Counted from the first letter of the stretch, positions 1 to 10,807 are shown. The stretch: DNA of 32,000 nucleotides from Methanothermobacter marburgensis str. Marburg (GCF_000145295.1 NC_014408.1:1602696-1634695); one strand, 5' to 3'. The notes: a model not told the origin generated them from the letters alone. Translations and numbers: made by a program.

Positions 1-1114
1 TCATTCCGCGCCTTGTTATCTCCTGTGTACCTATCCTTATTCCTGATGGGTCGTCTGACCTGTTAACATCGTCCCATGGGAGAAGGTTCTTGTTGAGTAT
101 TATGTTGTTGGCCTCGAGTTTTTTGGATATCTCGGCGGCCCTGCCAATGTCTGATACATCCATCACAACCTGATGGGATTCTGTGAAGTCGAGGTGCTCA
201 CAGAGTACGTTGAATCCAAGTTCATTGAGGTTTTCTGCGAGTTTCTTTGCGTTTCTGATTGTCTGTGCCGCGTATTCACTTCCAAACTCAAGCATCTCTG
301 CGGTTGCTATTCCAAGTCCTGCCACGTGGTGGAGGTGGTGGTTACTCACAAGTCCCGGGAAGACAGCCTCATCTATGTCATCTGCAAGTTCCTCCCTGCA
401 GAGGATTATGCCGCCCTGGGGTCCGGGGAATGTCTTGTGTGTGCTTCCCACCAGCATATCGGCGCCCTCCCTGAGGGGATCCTGGAAGTATCCGCCTGCA
501 ATTAGGCCAAGGACGTGGGCGCCGTCGTACATTATCCTTGCACCCACCTCCTCTGCGGCCTCAACTGCCTCCTCCACAGGGTGGGGGAAGAGGAAGAGGC
601 TTCCGCCGAAGAGTATTATCCTTGGTTTGACCTCAAGGATCTTCTTCTTCATTGCATCGGCGTCTATGTTCATGTTTTCAAAGTCAAAGGGGTGGGTGTA
701 TATTTTGAATCCCCTCACACCGGCTGCACTGACCTTGGCATGTGATATGTGGCCGCCGTATGGGACCTCCATGGCCATCATGGGGTCGCCAACATCTGCA
801 GTTGCAAAGAAGCAGGCGAGGTTGGCCACAACACCCGATGTTGGCTGGACATTTGCATGTTCTGCCCTGAAGAGTTTCTTTGAGAGTTCAATTGTGATCT
901 CTTCAATCTCATCTATGTACCTGCAGCCCTCATAGAGCCTCTCACCGGGAAGACCCTCTGCATAGCGGTGTGAAAGGTCAGAGATGAGGGCCTCCTTGAC
1001 CCTTGAACTGGTTATATTTTCACTTGCTATGAGGTTGATGCTTGACTCCATCCAGCTGTTATGATCCTTCATGAGATCTCTTATCCTCTCGGTATAATCC
1101 TGATTGCTGACCAT
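1..1114 (-). CDS. glyA: Serine hydroxymethyltransferase; N-terminal ~371 codons, C-terminus runs off the left edge of the window
   Basis: Not in the ORF track because it has no stop inside the window. My own minus-strand translation from ATG (complement of 1112-1114) gives [43 protein letters not shown]...[16 protein letters not shown]...[14 protein letters not shown]. These include the SHMT signatures and the PLP-lysine motif THK. GGAGATGA Shine-Dalgarno lies just upstream. Confidence 0.9.
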   Translation of the reverse strand, partial: MVSNQDYTERIRDLMKDHNSWMESSINLIASENITSSRVKEALISDLSHRYAEGLPGERLYEGCRYIDEIEEITIELSKKLFRAEHANVQPTSGVVANLACFFATADVGDPMMAMEVPYGGHISHAKVSAAGVRGFKIYTHPFDFENMNIDADAMKKKILEVKPRIILFGGSLFLFPHPVEEAVEAAEEVGARIMYDGAHVLGLIAGGYFQDPLREGADMLVGSTHKTFPGPQGGIILCREELADDIDEAVFPGLVSNHHLHHVAGLGIATAEMLEFGSEYAAQTIRNAKKLAENLNELGFNVLCEHLDFTESHQVVMDVSDIGRAAEISKKLEANNIILNKNLLPWDDVNRSDDPSGIRIGTQEITRRGM

Positions 1115-1267
1115 GAAAATCATCTCCATTAGGAAATAGTTAAAATTACAATATAAAATTGGTGCCGCTATTATACTTGCAGCCAATCATGAGCCAATCA
1201 GATGAAATCCTGCAAGATGATGCGAAACAGACGGCTACAGAATAGCATTGAAACAGAATCAAATCAG

Positions 1268-1307
1268 CAGAGATAAAAGAAAAGGTTTTGATGGGTCCCA
1301 GCCCATC
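1268..1307 (-). terminator. Putative hdrA terminator: hairpin plus U-tract
   Basis: On the minus strand the hdrA stop is followed directly by GATGGG-CTGGGA-CCCATC (6-bp stem, plus coordinates 1290-1307), then AAAACCTTTTCTTTTATC. Oligo-U tracts are the known archaeal termination signal. Confidence 0.4.
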
Positions 1308-3286
1308 TATTTTGAAGCGGGTTCGTTGAGTGCAGCTTCGATCTGAGCCATGATCTGCTCTGTTTTAAAGTGCTGCTGGTCCATTGCACCTGATGGGCAT
1401 GCTGCCACACAGGTACCGCAACCCTTACAGAGGGCCACGTTGACGTTGGCATGCCCTTCCTCTATGCTTATGGCACCGAATGGGCAGAGCTCAATGCAGA
1501 CCTCACAGCCACCGCAGACATCGGAATCTGTAACTGCGATTATTGGCTCAATTTCCACTTCACCCTTGACCATTGGTATTGCTGCACGTGCAGCTGCACC
1601 TGAAGCCTGCGCAACAGCGTCAGGAATGTCCTTTGGACCCTGAGCCACACCTGCAAGGTACACACCGTCTGTCAGTGTGTCAACAGGTCTGAGTTTTGGG
1701 TGTGCTTCCATGAGGAACCCGTCTGCAGATTTGGATAGACCGATTGTCTGCCTCAGTGTCTCTGCACCCTCTGGTGGCACGAGACCAACACCAAGGACAA
1801 CCATGTCGTAGTCGTACTCTGTGACCTTACCCAGGAGTGTGTCCTCTGATCTCACTGTGAGTGTGAGGTCAGGGTTCTCGATGACCTCAGCGGGTCGTCC
1901 CCTTATGAATTTGATTCCATATTTCTCCTGTGAGCGTTTGTAGAATTCCTCGAATCCTTTACCGAATGCCCTTATGTCCATGTAGTAGAGTGTGACCTCT
2001 GTGTCAGGCATTTTGTCCTTGATGAGCTGTGCGTTCTTCATGATGTACATACAGCAGACACGGGAACAGTAGGGTTTTCCAATCTGTTCGTCCCTTGAAC
2101 CCACACAGTGGATGAATGCAACCCTCTTTGGTTTTTCGCCGTCTGATGGTTTGAGGACCTTACCATCGGTTGGTCCTGAGGCGTTGATCATCCTTTCGAG
2201 TTCAAGACCTGTTATGACGTTGGTGTGTCGGCCGTAACCGTATTCGAGTTTCTCTGTTGGGTCATAGGCGTCGTATCCTGTTGCCACGATTATTGTACCA
2301 ACTTCGATTTCGATTTCCTCTGGTTCCTGGTCGTGTTTAACGGCTCCCCTTTCACAGACCTCATCACAGAGCATGCACTCTATACAGTAGTCCTTGTCAA
2401 TTGTTGCGCAGAGGGGGACAGCCTGTGGGAATGGTATGTAGACAGCCTTGGTCATACCGATTCCCTCGTCGAAGTAGTTTGGCATTTCAATTGGGCATAC
2501 CTCTACACAGGAACCGCATCCGGTACAGAGTTCCTCGTCTATGTACCTTGGTTTCTTCTCGATTTTGACCTTGAAATTACCTATGTAACCGTCAACTTCC
2601 TTAACCTCTGCGTAGGTTATGAGTTCAATGTTGTCGTGTTTACCGACATCCACCATTTTTGGTGCAAGGATACACATTGAACAGTCGAGGGTTGGGAAGG
2701 TTTTGTCCAGCTGCCCCATTCTTCCTGAGATACTTGGCCTCTTTTCGACCATGTAGGTCTTGAATCCCATGTCCGCCAGGTCAAGGGCGGCCTGTATACC
2801 TGCAACACCTCCACCGATGACAAGGGCCTTGTCATCCACACTAACCTTTGATGCCTCGAGGGGCTCCAGGAGCCTTGCCTTGGCAACCGCCATCCTCACA
2901 AGGTCCTTGGCCTTTTCTGTTGCACCCTCAGGGTTGTCCATGTGGACCCATGAGTCATGTTCCCTTATGTTTGCAAATTCGAATAGGAACTGGTTGAGTC
3001 CTGCCTCTTCAACACATCTCCTGAAGGTTGGTTCGTGGAGCCTTGGGGAACATGCAGCCACAACTACCCTGTTTATCCCGAGTTCCTTGATGTCCTTCTG
3101 TATCTCGAGCTGACCTGGGTCAGAACAGTAGTACTTGTAGTCCTTTGCAATCACAACGTTTGGTAGTTTCGCAGCGTAGTCCCTTACAGCCTCAACGTCG
3201 ACCACACCGCCGATGTTCACACCGCAGTGGCAGACGTAAACACCGATTTTTGGTTCTTCCATTGTTTCTTTTTTTTCTTCTGCCAT
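1307..3286 (-). CDS. hdrA: Heterodisulfide reductase subunit A (FAD plus multiple 4Fe-4S)
   Basis: FAD fold [19 protein letters not shown]. Four ferredoxin-type motifs [36 protein letters not shown] and [13 protein letters not shown]-terminal [10 protein letters not shown]. Start moved to MAEEKKE (3286) because GGTGATC lies 3 nt upstream; the ORF-track start at 3316 has no SD. Confidence 0.95.
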
Positions 3287-3468
3287 TAGATCACCTTGCA
3301 TAGGGATATCTAGCAATGATATTTATTTGATGTAAGGTATAGCACAGTGCTAAATAAACATTTCTATCAAAAACTTTAAGTAAGATTTATATAGTATTAC
3401 ATTTATTTTCATTCGGTGGCTAAAAATTAAAAATATTTTCATTATACTCTGGATTTAAAATAAACTTT

Positions 3469-4377
3469 TTAGAGTATAAGTGACCATGCTGGCAGTGACA
3501 CGAGACCCAGTATTGTGCTCATGAATATGCACGATGATACAAGGTCAACATCAAGGTCATTCTCAATTGCAAGTACCGCTGCAAGCATGGCCGAGGGCAT
3601 TGAGGCTTCAAGTACCGTTACAGAGAAGTCCAGACCCTTAAATGACAGCAGATAAACAATGAATGCTGCAATCAGAGGTGATACTATGAGCCTCAAGGCA
3701 CTCACAAATGTGGCATCAGCCAGTGAATCCCTCAGGAACCTGAAGTTCAGTGAAAGACCAAGTGAAATCATTATTAGGGGAACCGCTGCACCGGCCAGAT
3801 AACCAAGAACCGTGCCTGCAATTCCCACAGGTAATCCCATCAGGTTGAAGGTAACCCCCAGTATGAATGCCCAGAGGGGTGGAAAGGTGACTGCCCTTTT
3901 AACGACTGCAGTCCCCTCAGCCCCTGAAATAAATGATAGTATAAGCCCAAGGGATGTGAACATAACTGTTGTGCCTGTATCATAGAATATTGCCCTTAAA
4001 AGACCCTCAGATCCAAATATTCCTTCAGTTACAGGGTAACCCAGGAAACCTGAGTTCATCATTGCTGCAGCCACAATTATCCCCCAGGTTTTTCGGGAAT
4101 CCATACCCCTCCTTCTTGCCCACAGGGATGCTATGGTCCCAGATAATGCACCTGTGGTTATACAGACGAGTGGTATCAGGAACAGGTCCGCTATTCCACT
4201 TAAATCAGCCCTGTAGAGTGACGTGAATATCAGGGAAGGTATTGCAAGATTGATGACAATCCTGTTGAGGGATGATGCATCCTCCTCCCTCAGCATGCCA
4301 CTCAGTTTAAGTGCATGTCCTGTGAGGACAAGGATCAGTATGGATAGAACCGTTTCAAACGAGCCCATAAAAATCAA
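3469..4377 (-). CDS. AEC (auxin efflux carrier / Mem_trans) family permease
   Basis: 302 aa polytopic membrane protein. Family-typical blocks are LNRIVINLAIPSLIFTSL, NSGFLGYPV and EASMPSAMLAAVLA. It sits 18 nt downstream of radA on the same strand. Confidence 0.75.
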   Translation of the reverse strand: MIFMGSFETVLSILILVLTGHALKLSGMLREEDASSLNRIVINLAIPSLIFTSLYRADLSGIADLFLIPLVCITTGALSGTIASLWARRRGMDSRKTWGIIVAAAMMNSGFLGYPVTEGIFGSEGLLRAIFYDTGTTVMFTSLGLILSFISGAEGTAVVKRAVTFPPLWAFILGVTFNLMGLPVGIAGTVLGYLAGAAVPLIMISLGLSLNFRFLRDSLADATFVSALRLIVSPLIAAFIVYLLSFKGLDFSVTVLEASMPSAMLAAVLAIENDLDVDLVSSCIFMSTILGLVSLPAWSLIL

Positions 4378-4395
4378 ATAAAAATTAATTAGGGT

Positions 4396-5331
4396 TTAAT
4401 CAACAATACCTGCTTCTGTTATCTTGAAGACACACTCACCCTCTGGGAGGTGGGGGCTGTCAACAAGTCTCGCTATCCTCTTACCTGCAAGTCCCTTCTT
4501 GAGCCACAGGCGGTAGGTCGCTGCATGGCCCAGGACGTGTCCGCCTATAGCCTTTGTGGGGCTTCCAAAGAAGGCGTCGGGTCTTGCCTGAACCTGGTTT
4601 GTTACGAAGACAGCTGCATTGTAGGTGTTTGCTATGTTCTGGAGGGTGTGGAGGTGCTGGTTGAGCTTCTGCTGCCTTGTTGCCAGGGCCTCCCTCCCAA
4701 CATACTCCGCCCTGAAGTGGGCTGTGAGGGAGTCCACAATTACAAGGCGTATGTTCTTGCCCTCCTGTATGAGCTCATTCACCTTCTCTGCCATGAGTAT
4801 CTGGTGACTTGAGTTGAATGCCCTTGCAATATGTATCTTATTGAGAACCTCCTCAAGGTCCAGTTCAAAGGCGTTGGCTATCTGCTCTATCCTTTCAGGA
4901 CGGAATGTGTTCTCTGTATCTATGAATACAGCCTCAGCATCCAGGCCACCCCTTTCCTCTGGTAGCTGCACAGTCACTGCTAGTTCATGGGATAGCTGGC
5001 TCTTACCTGATCCAAACTCTCCGAAAACCTCAGTTATTGCCTGTGTTTCAATCCCGCCGCCTATGAGTTCATCCAAGGCCTTGCTCCCTGTTGTTATTCG
5101 GCCCACGTCCTTTCGACGTTCCATCACATCAAAGGCTGTTTCAAAGTCTATCTTCTCAGCCCTTCTGGCGGCCTCTATCACCTTTTCAGCCACGCCCTCA
5201 CCAATTTCAGCCTTCACAGAGAGTTCCTTGGCGGTGGCTGTGGCAAGACGCATCATGTCCCCGAATCCTGCGTCCCTTAATTTCTGTGCCGTTTTGGCCC
5301 CTACATTTGGTAGATCTTCCAGTTCAACCAT
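4396..5331 (-). CDS. radA: DNA repair and recombination protein RadA
   Basis: N-terminal HhH region ([20 protein letters not shown]), Walker [10 protein letters not shown] and Walker B LVIVDS. Length 311 aa, typical of archaeal RadA. Confidence 0.97.
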   Translation of the reverse strand: MVELEDLPNVGAKTAQKLRDAGFGDMMRLATATAKELSVKAEIGEGVAEKVIEAARRAEKIDFETAFDVMERRKDVGRITTGSKALDELIGGGIETQAITEVFGEFGSGKSQLSHELAVTVQLPEERGGLDAEAVFIDTENTFRPERIEQIANAFELDLEEVLNKIHIARAFNSSHQILMAEKVNELIQEGKNIRLVIVDSLTAHFRAEYVGREALATRQQKLNQHLHTLQNIANTYNAAVFVTNQVQARPDAFFGSPTKAIGGHVLGHAATYRLWLKKGLAGKRIARLVDSPHLPEGECVFKITEAGIVD

Positions 5332-5352
5332 TTTAATCTCCCTTAGATCATT

Positions 5353-7731
5353 TTAAAGTTCAATATTCACAACTTTTCTGGGTATAAACCTCGGTTCCTC
5401 ATTGTATTCATCAAAATCCGCGTTTCCGATAACCTCCACAGTGACGCCATTAAGGTCCTCAACCCTCTCCTCAAGTGCTGATTCATCTGCAGACTGGTTT
5501 ATGATATCAACAACCTCCCTCGTGGACATCCCCAGGAGTTTCTCGGCCTCCCTTCCAAAGAAGGTTATGAGGACCTCGCCGGTATCATCCATGATCCTTC
5601 CAGGGATCATGAGGAGGTATCGTGGCTCATCCACAAGGGCGCCGCAGAAGTTACAGATGTTCTCGTCAGAGAGTTCAAGCCTCTCATTGCATGATGGGCA
5701 CTTTATGGATAGAATTCTCCTGCCTGACATTTCTGTAAGTTCACCCTTTATCATGACATTTCTTGAATCCTCCTGAAGGTCCTCAATGTTTACAAGAGGA
5801 TATAAGATCTCCTGGAGCTCCTCAAATGAGGGTAACCCGCTGATATCCCTTTCAGTTGCCGGTTCAATCCTTGAATTTCTCCCTATGCTGAGTTCAAGTC
5901 TCTCTCCACCCATATCATCCCTGTAGATTACGCGGGGGTTTTCTATTCTCACCGCATCTCCAATGCTCAGTGGTCTCTCAGCAGCATCATCCCAGAGGCT
6001 TGCCCTTATGGATCCTGTGTCATCAGCAAATTCAACGGTTCTCACAAGGCCGGGTGTCCCGTCACCCCTCTGGAACTCCCTGGGATCAAAGAGATCAACC
6101 ACCCTCGCAATTATCCTTATGTTCCTGTCGTCCTCCTCAAGTTCATCGATCTTCTTTGTGGTGTAGAGCATCTCCTCAAGCTCCTCAAAGGAGGGCAGGT
6201 TCTCAATATCCTCTGGGAGGGGCTCCACTATTCTGGTTGTTCTTCCTGTGTTGAGTTCCACGCTGTAAAGCCCTAGTCTTATTCGGGCATTCTCTATTCT
6301 CACCGCATCCCCCACATTCAGGGGTTTTTCTGCTTTCTCGTCCCAGAGACTGACCCTTATCCTGCCTGTCTCATCTGCAAGTTCCATTGACCTCACGATA
6401 CCGGTCCCATCCTGCCTCTCAAATTCCCTCGGGTCGCTGAGGCTGAATATCCTGCCTGCAACATCCACCTCCTCACCCTCATCCTCCATTTCAAGTATCT
6501 CGGCTATCTTGAGGGGCCTCAGATGTTCCCTGTACTCCTCAAGGACCTTAAGGAGCGAACCATCAGACTCGGGGTTGACGGTGATGCGGGTGTTGAAGTT
6601 AGTATTTATGCGGTATGACTGGTTGAACTCATCAAATTCAACCCTTGCACCGGATATCCTTACAATGTCCCCCTTGTTGATCTTTATGCGGGTGTCATCA
6701 TCCCAGAGTGTTACCCTTGCAGAGCCTGTATCATCTGTAATCTCAATGGATCTTACAGAGCCCGTTGTTCCATCGTTTCTTTCAAATTCCACAGGGTCAT
6801 GAACCCTTGTTACAAGGCCCATCACAGTTGCACTCTCCATCTCATGGAGGTCCCCTATCTTAACCACCTTCTCACTGTAATCGGGAACATCATATTCCCC
6901 TGGCACAATCCTTGTGAGGCTGGTGTGTGTGAGTGTTACACTATCATCCCTTCTCCTTGTCTGGGCCCCCAGTATTTTAACCGCATCTCCCTCCTTAAGA
7001 CCAAGCTCCTCCACAAGGCCTACGTCGTTGTTCCAGATGGTGTATGTGGTTGAACCTGTTTCATCCATTATGTCAAGGGAAATGAACCTTCCCTCACGGC
7101 CATCCCTCTCAAAGGTCCTCACTCGGGATATGCCTGTTATTCTTGCAATGACGTTGACCTCCTGGTCCTCGGCAAGGTCAGCGATGGGTGTTATATCCTC
7201 CCTGTATTCTGGAAAGTCCGGAAAATCAGCGGGGTCAAGGACCTCAACCCTTGACCTTGGCATGAGATGTGCCTCCTTTCTGCCCCCGAATCCACCCCTT
7301 ATTCTAACATCCCTTATCCTGATCACATCGCCCTCATTGAATTTCTTGAGGAGCTTCATGTTCTCTGTCCAGAAAACCGTTCGAAGTTCACCTGTATTAT
7401 CTGCGATGATAACATTGGCGAGTTTTCCCTCTCTCCCCTTCCTTGTTGTGAAGGTCCTGGGACTTGATATTTTCATGACCCTGCCTGTCACCGGTGCCTC
7501 TGCACCCTCCTCAAGTTTGGATATGGTGTCCATCCTGTGCTCTTCCTTCTCTGACAGCATCGTATTTTCATTTTCAAGGATCTCATCAACCACCGTAGTT
7601 GCAATTGCAAGGTCATCCAGAAATCCAACGTCCCCATATTCCTCTTTCCTTTTCTCTATTAGCTCCTGAAATTCCTCAAGGGACATTCTGTCCTTAATCC
7701 TTTCATATTCCCTCTTAAGTTCTTCCTTCAT
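5353..7731 (-). CDS. rpa: Replication protein A (single-stranded DNA-binding protein) with five tandem OB folds plus a zinc-ribbon OB fold
   Basis: Five repeats of the pattern xxPRxFxRxDGxxGxxxxxxxxDxTGxxRxxxW...GDxxRI. C-terminal zinc motif CPSCNERLELSDENICNFCG. Lies 21 nt upstream of radA on the same strand. Confidence 0.9.
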   Translation of the reverse strand: MKEELKREYERIKDRMSLEEFQELIEKRKEEYGDVGFLDDLAIATTVVDEILENENTMLSEKEEHRMDTISKLEEGAEAPVTGRVMKISSPRTFTTRKGREGKLANVIIADNTGELRTVFWTENMKLLKKFNEGDVIRIRDVRIRGGFGGRKEAHLMPRSRVEVLDPADFPDFPEYREDITPIADLAEDQEVNVIARITGISRVRTFERDGREGRFISLDIMDETGSTTYTIWNNDVGLVEELGLKEGDAVKILGAQTRRRDDSVTLTHTSLTRIVPGEYDVPDYSEKVVKIGDLHEMESATVMGLVTRVHDPVEFERNDGTTGSVRSIEITDDTGSARVTLWDDDTRIKINKGDIVRISGARVEFDEFNQSYRINTNFNTRITVNPESDGSLLKVLEEYREHLRPLKIAEILEMEDEGEEVDVAGRIFSLSDPREFERQDGTGIVRSMELADETGRIRVSLWDEKAEKPLNVGDAVRIENARIRLGLYSVELNTGRTTRIVEPLPEDIENLPSFEELEEMLYTTKKIDELEEDDRNIRIIARVVDLFDPREFQRGDGTPGLVRTVEFADDTGSIRASLWDDAAERPLSIGDAVRIENPRVIYRDDMGGERLELSIGRNSRIEPATERDISGLPSFEELQEILYPLVNIEDLQEDSRNVMIKGELTEMSGRRILSIKCPSCNERLELSDENICNFCGALVDEPRYLLMIPGRIMDDTGEVLITFFGREAEKLLGMSTREVVDIINQSADESALEERVEDLNGVTVEVIGNADFDEYNEEPRFIPRKVVNIEL

Positions 7732-7769
7732 TTGGGTCCCTCACTTGATTAATAATATTATGCACCGTC

Positions 7770-7777
7770 TATAAAAG
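7770..7777 (-). promoter_or_regulatory. Candidate TATA box for the rpa-radA operon
   Basis: Minus-strand CTTTTATA about 40 nt upstream of the rpa ATG, with SD GTGAGGGA between them. Based on position and sequence only. Confidence 0.35.
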
Positions 7778-8056
7778 ACTTGGTGAGGTCCTGGAAACTA
7801 ATATTCCTGGAACTGTTACTACCTTGTATTACTAAATATTTAAATTTTATTATCAAAGTATTTATTAATGGTGGGTGAAAATATAACTGTAAAATTCAGC
7901 CGAGTTTTTCAGTATGAAGGTGAAATGCAGATATCCAGTGAACATATGGGGAAATCTGAACTTTAAGGATGCTCTAATTTTCACAGCCAGCCCCATGGAC
8001 CCATTGCTGGAAATTTTATGATACCTTCAGTATATTCTGCTAAAGGAGGATAGAAG

Positions 8057-9313
8057 ATGTCTATGACTGTTTCTGAGAAAATACTTGCCAGGGCTTCAGG
8101 TAAAGATCGTGTGGAGGCCGGTGAAATAGTTATGGCCAGTATAGATGTCGCCATGACCCATGACCTCACAGGACCCCTGTCGGTTGAATCCTTTGAGAGG
8201 ATAGGAAGGGACAGGGTCTGGGACCCTGAAAAAATCGTTGTGATATTCGACCACCAGGTACCTGCAGATTCCCTTGATGCTGCCCAGAACCACATGATAA
8301 TGAGGGACTTTGTGAGGGAACAGGGCATAAAGAACTTCTATGATGTCAGGGAGGGTGTATGCCACCAGGTGCTACCTGAAAAGGGACACGTGGTGCCTGG
8401 AGAGGTTATTGTGGGGACAGACTCCCACACCTGCACCCACGGCGCTCTGGGGGCCTTTGCCACCGGTATAGGATCAACTGACATGGCAATGGTCTTTGCC
8501 ACCGGAAAACTGTGGTTCAGGGTACCTGAAACGATACGCTTCGAAATAAGCGGCTCACTCAGGAAACATGTGTATGCAAAGGACGTCATACTCAGCATCA
8601 TAGGAGAGGTTGGGGCAGACGGTGCCACCTACATGGCCTGTGAATTTGCAGGTGAAACCGTCGCAGATATGAGTGTGTCAGACCGTATGGTGCTCTCCAA
8701 CATGGCAATAGAGATGGGGGGTAAAACCGGAATAGTGGAACCCGATGAAAAAACCATAAGGTACGTGGAAAGGAGATCAGATAAACCCTACAGGGTCTTC
8801 AGGGCAGACCCCGATGCCCCCTCCCTCAATGTCATGGAGGTTGATGTCTCTGACCTTGAACCTCAGGTGGCATGTCCCCACAACGTTGACAATGTGAAGC
8901 CCGTCAGTGAGGTGGATGTTGAGATAGACCAGGTTTTCCTTGGTTCATGTACAAACGGCCGCCTCAGTGACCTCCGGGATGCCGCTGCAATACTGAAAAA
9001 CAGGGATGTTGCAGACAGCGTCAGGATGCTGGTGATACCCGCCTCAAGGGAGGTCTACCGCAGGGCCCTCTCAGAGGGTCTCATGGAGATATTCGTGGAC
9101 GCAGGCGCCCTGGTATGCAACCCCTGCTGCGGACCATGTCTCGGTGGTCATGTGGGACTTGTGGGCCCAGGAGAGGTCAGCCTTTCAACATCAAACAGAA
9201 ACTTCAGGGGTCGGCAGGGAAGCCCGGAGGCAGAGGTATACCTATCATCCGCAGCGGTTGCAGCCGCATCCGCAGTTACAGGCAGAATCACCCATCCTGC
9301 TGAACTTGAATAG
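8057..9313 (+). CDS. leuC: Aconitase-superfamily dehydratase large subunit (3-isopropylmalate / citramalate isomerase-type; homoaconitase paralog not excluded)
   Basis: Fe-S ligand and substrate motifs [16 protein letters not shown] and [20 protein letters not shown] upstream. Followed by the small subunit. Confidence 0.85.
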   Translation: MSMTVSEKILARASGKDRVEAGEIVMASIDVAMTHDLTGPLSVESFERIGRDRVWDPEKIVVIFDHQVPADSLDAAQNHMIMRDFVREQGIKNFYDVREGVCHQVLPEKGHVVPGEVIVGTDSHTCTHGALGAFATGIGSTDMAMVFATGKLWFRVPETIRFEISGSLRKHVYAKDVILSIIGEVGADGATYMACEFAGETVADMSVSDRMVLSNMAIEMGGKTGIVEPDEKTIRYVERRSDKPYRVFRADPDAPSLNVMEVDVSDLEPQVACPHNVDNVKPVSEVDVEIDQVFLGSCTNGRLSDLRDAAAILKNRDVADSVRMLVIPASREVYRRALSEGLMEIFVDAGALVCNPCCGPCLGGHVGLVGPGEVSLSTSNRNFRGRQGSPEAEVYLSSAAVAAASAVTGRITHPAELE

Positions 9314-9328
9314 TGGAGGTGCTTAGAT

Positions 9329-9817
9329 ATGAAAGGAAGAGTCTGGAAATTCCCCGACGACGTGGACACCGACATAATCATACCCGGAAGGTACCTTGTG
9401 ATGCGTGACCCTGAAAAACTCAGGGAACACGTCATGGAGGGTCTCGACCCTGAATTCCCCTCAAAGGTCAGGCCAGGGGATTTCATAGTTGCCGGGAAGA
9501 ACTTTGGATGTGGATCATCAAGGGAACACGCCCCCCTTGCCCTCAAGGGTGCTGGAATAGCCGCTGTTATTGCAGAGTCCTTTGCCAGGATATTCTACAG
9601 AAACGCCATAAATGTGGGCATACCCCTCCTTGAGGCGCCAGGAATAACAGGTAAACTCAATGAGGGTGATGAGATAGAGGTGGACCTGGAAATGGGCGTT
9701 ATAATACGGGGAGACGAGGAATTCCCCTTCAAGAGACTCCCTGATTTCATGGTGGAGATACTTGAAAGTGGTGGTCTCATACCCTACCTCAGGAAAAAGG
9801 GAGAATTTGAAGGGTGA
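9329..9817 (+). CDS. leuD: Aconitase-superfamily dehydratase small subunit (LeuD-type)
   Basis: [13 protein letters not shown] motif, 162 aa. Specificity loop GRYLVM is hydrophobic; see finding. GGAGGTG SD. Confidence 0.85.
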   Translation: MKGRVWKFPDDVDTDIIIPGRYLVMRDPEKLREHVMEGLDPEFPSKVRPGDFIVAGKNFGCGSSREHAPLALKGAGIAAVIAESFARIFYRNAINVGIPLLEAPGITGKLNEGDEIEVDLEMGVIIRGDEEFPFKRLPDFMVEILESGGLIPYLRKKGEFEG

Positions 9818-9822
9818 ATACC

Positions 9823-10803
9823 ATGAAGATAGCCGTTATACCCGGGGATGGTATCGGTAAGGAGGTCATGGAGGCCGCCCTCCACGTTCTCAAAGGACTG
9901 GACCTCGACCCTGAATTTTTATATGCAGAGGCAGGGGATGAGTGCCTTGAGAGGACAGGGACAGCCCTTCCAGATGAAACAATTGAAATCATCGGTGAGG
10001 CGGACTCCACCCTCTTTGGTGCCGCGGGTGAAAGTGCAGCGGATGTTATAGTTAAATTAAGGCGTGAATTTGATCTTTTTGCGAATTTGAGGCCTGTGAA
10101 GTCCCTTCCGGGTGTCCCGTGCCTCTACCCGGACCTTGACTTTGTCATAGTGAGGGAGAACACTGAGGACCTCTATGTGGGTGATGAGGAGTTCACCGCT
10201 GATGGTGCGGTTGCAAGGAGGGTCATAACACGCTCTGCTTCTAGGAGGATAAGTCGATTTGCCTTTGAGTATGCTAAGAGGGAGGGCTGGAGTCGTGTGA
10301 CCGCGGTGCACAAGGCCAATGTCCTTAAAAAGACCGATGGAGTGTTCAGGGAGGAATTCTACCGGGTGGCATCAGACTACCCTGAGATGGAGGCAGAGGA
10401 CTACTACGTGGACGCCACAGCCATGTACCTCATAACACAGCCCCAGGAATTCCAGGTCCTGGTCACAACCAACCTCTTCGGGGACATACTCTCAGACGAA
10501 GCAGCAGGACTCATAGGAGGACTCGGACTCGCGCCATCAGCAAATATAGGAGAAAAAAACGCAATATTCGAACCAGTCCACGGATCAGCACCCCAGATAG
10601 CCGGAAAAAACATAGCAAACCCCACAGCCATGATACTAACAACAACACTCATGCTAAAACACCTAAACAAAACACAGGAAGCACAGAAAATACAGAAAGC
10701 ACTGGAAAAAACCCTTGAAGAGGGTCTGGTTACACCGGACCTGGGTGGAAGCCTCGGTACAATGGAAATGGCTGCTGAGATAGCAAAAAGAATTGAGGGG
10801 TGA
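9823..10803 (+). CDS. leuB: Isopropylmalate/homoisocitrate-family beta-decarboxylating dehydrogenase
   Basis: MKIAVIPGDGIG N-terminus and NLFGDILSDEAAGLIGGLGLAPSANIG signature. ATG at 9823 preferred (GGGTGA 5 nt upstream) over the GTG at 9814 used by the ORF track. Confidence 0.85.
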   Translation: MKIAVIPGDGIGKEVMEAALHVLKGLDLDPEFLYAEAGDECLERTGTALPDETIEIIGEADSTLFGAAGESAADVIVKLRREFDLFANLRPVKSLPGVPCLYPDLDFVIVRENTEDLYVGDEEFTADGAVARRVITRSASRRISRFAFEYAKREGWSRVTAVHKANVLKKTDGVFREEFYRVASDYPEMEAEDYYVDATAMYLITQPQEFQVLVTTNLFGDILSDEAAGLIGGLGLAPSANIGEKNAIFEPVHGSAPQIAGKNIANPTAMILTTTLMLKHLNKTQEAQKIQKALEKTLEEGLVTPDLGGSLGTMEMAAEIAKRIEG

Positions 10804-10807
10804 TGCT

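Noticed and set aside
183-935. 250-aa plus-strand ORF (with nested 110-, 71- and 76-aa ORFs)
   Set aside because: It is antisense to a clearly recognisable serine hydroxymethyltransferase gene. The translation is low-complexity and Ser/Ala/Pro-rich, typical of shadow ORFs opposite a real gene.
3287-3316. Ten-codon N-terminal extension of hdrA ([10 protein letters not shown])
   Set aside because: The GGTGATC Shine-Dalgarno lies inside this extension, directly before the internal ATG at 3286. The longer start has no ribosome-binding site.
4814-7669. Long plus-strand ORFs opposite radA and rpa (4814-5356, 5402-5776, 6914-7669 and others)
   Set aside because: These are Ser/Leu-rich shadow frames antisense to strongly supported genes, with no start signals. 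The same reasoning applies to 23315-23908 opposite the MgtE-like gene, 14772-15212 opposite the GT2 gene, and 26334-26717 opposite the PolD DP1 gene.
7880-7895. Possible extra ORB half-site (ATAACTGTAAAATTC) in the rpa/leuC intergenic region
   Set aside because: Only about 9 of 15 core positions match. It is isolated and has no G-string or phased partners, so it is most likely chance.
7868-7966. 32-codon ORF (MVGENITVKFSRVFQYEGEMQISSEHMGKSEL) in the long leader upstream of leuC, considered as an attenuation leader peptide
   Set aside because: It has no Leu/Ile/Val codon run, no SD, and no obvious alternative terminator/antiterminator hairpins. Attenuation of this type is not established in archaea. 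Left uncalled.
8057-10803. Calling the trio AksD/AksE/AksF (homoaconitase and homoisocitrate dehydrogenase of coenzyme B synthesis)
   Set aside because: The small-subunit loop is GRYLVM (hydrophobic) rather than the Arg-Thr type I associate with homoaconitase. The alternative is kept open in the findings because it cannot be settled without phylogeny.
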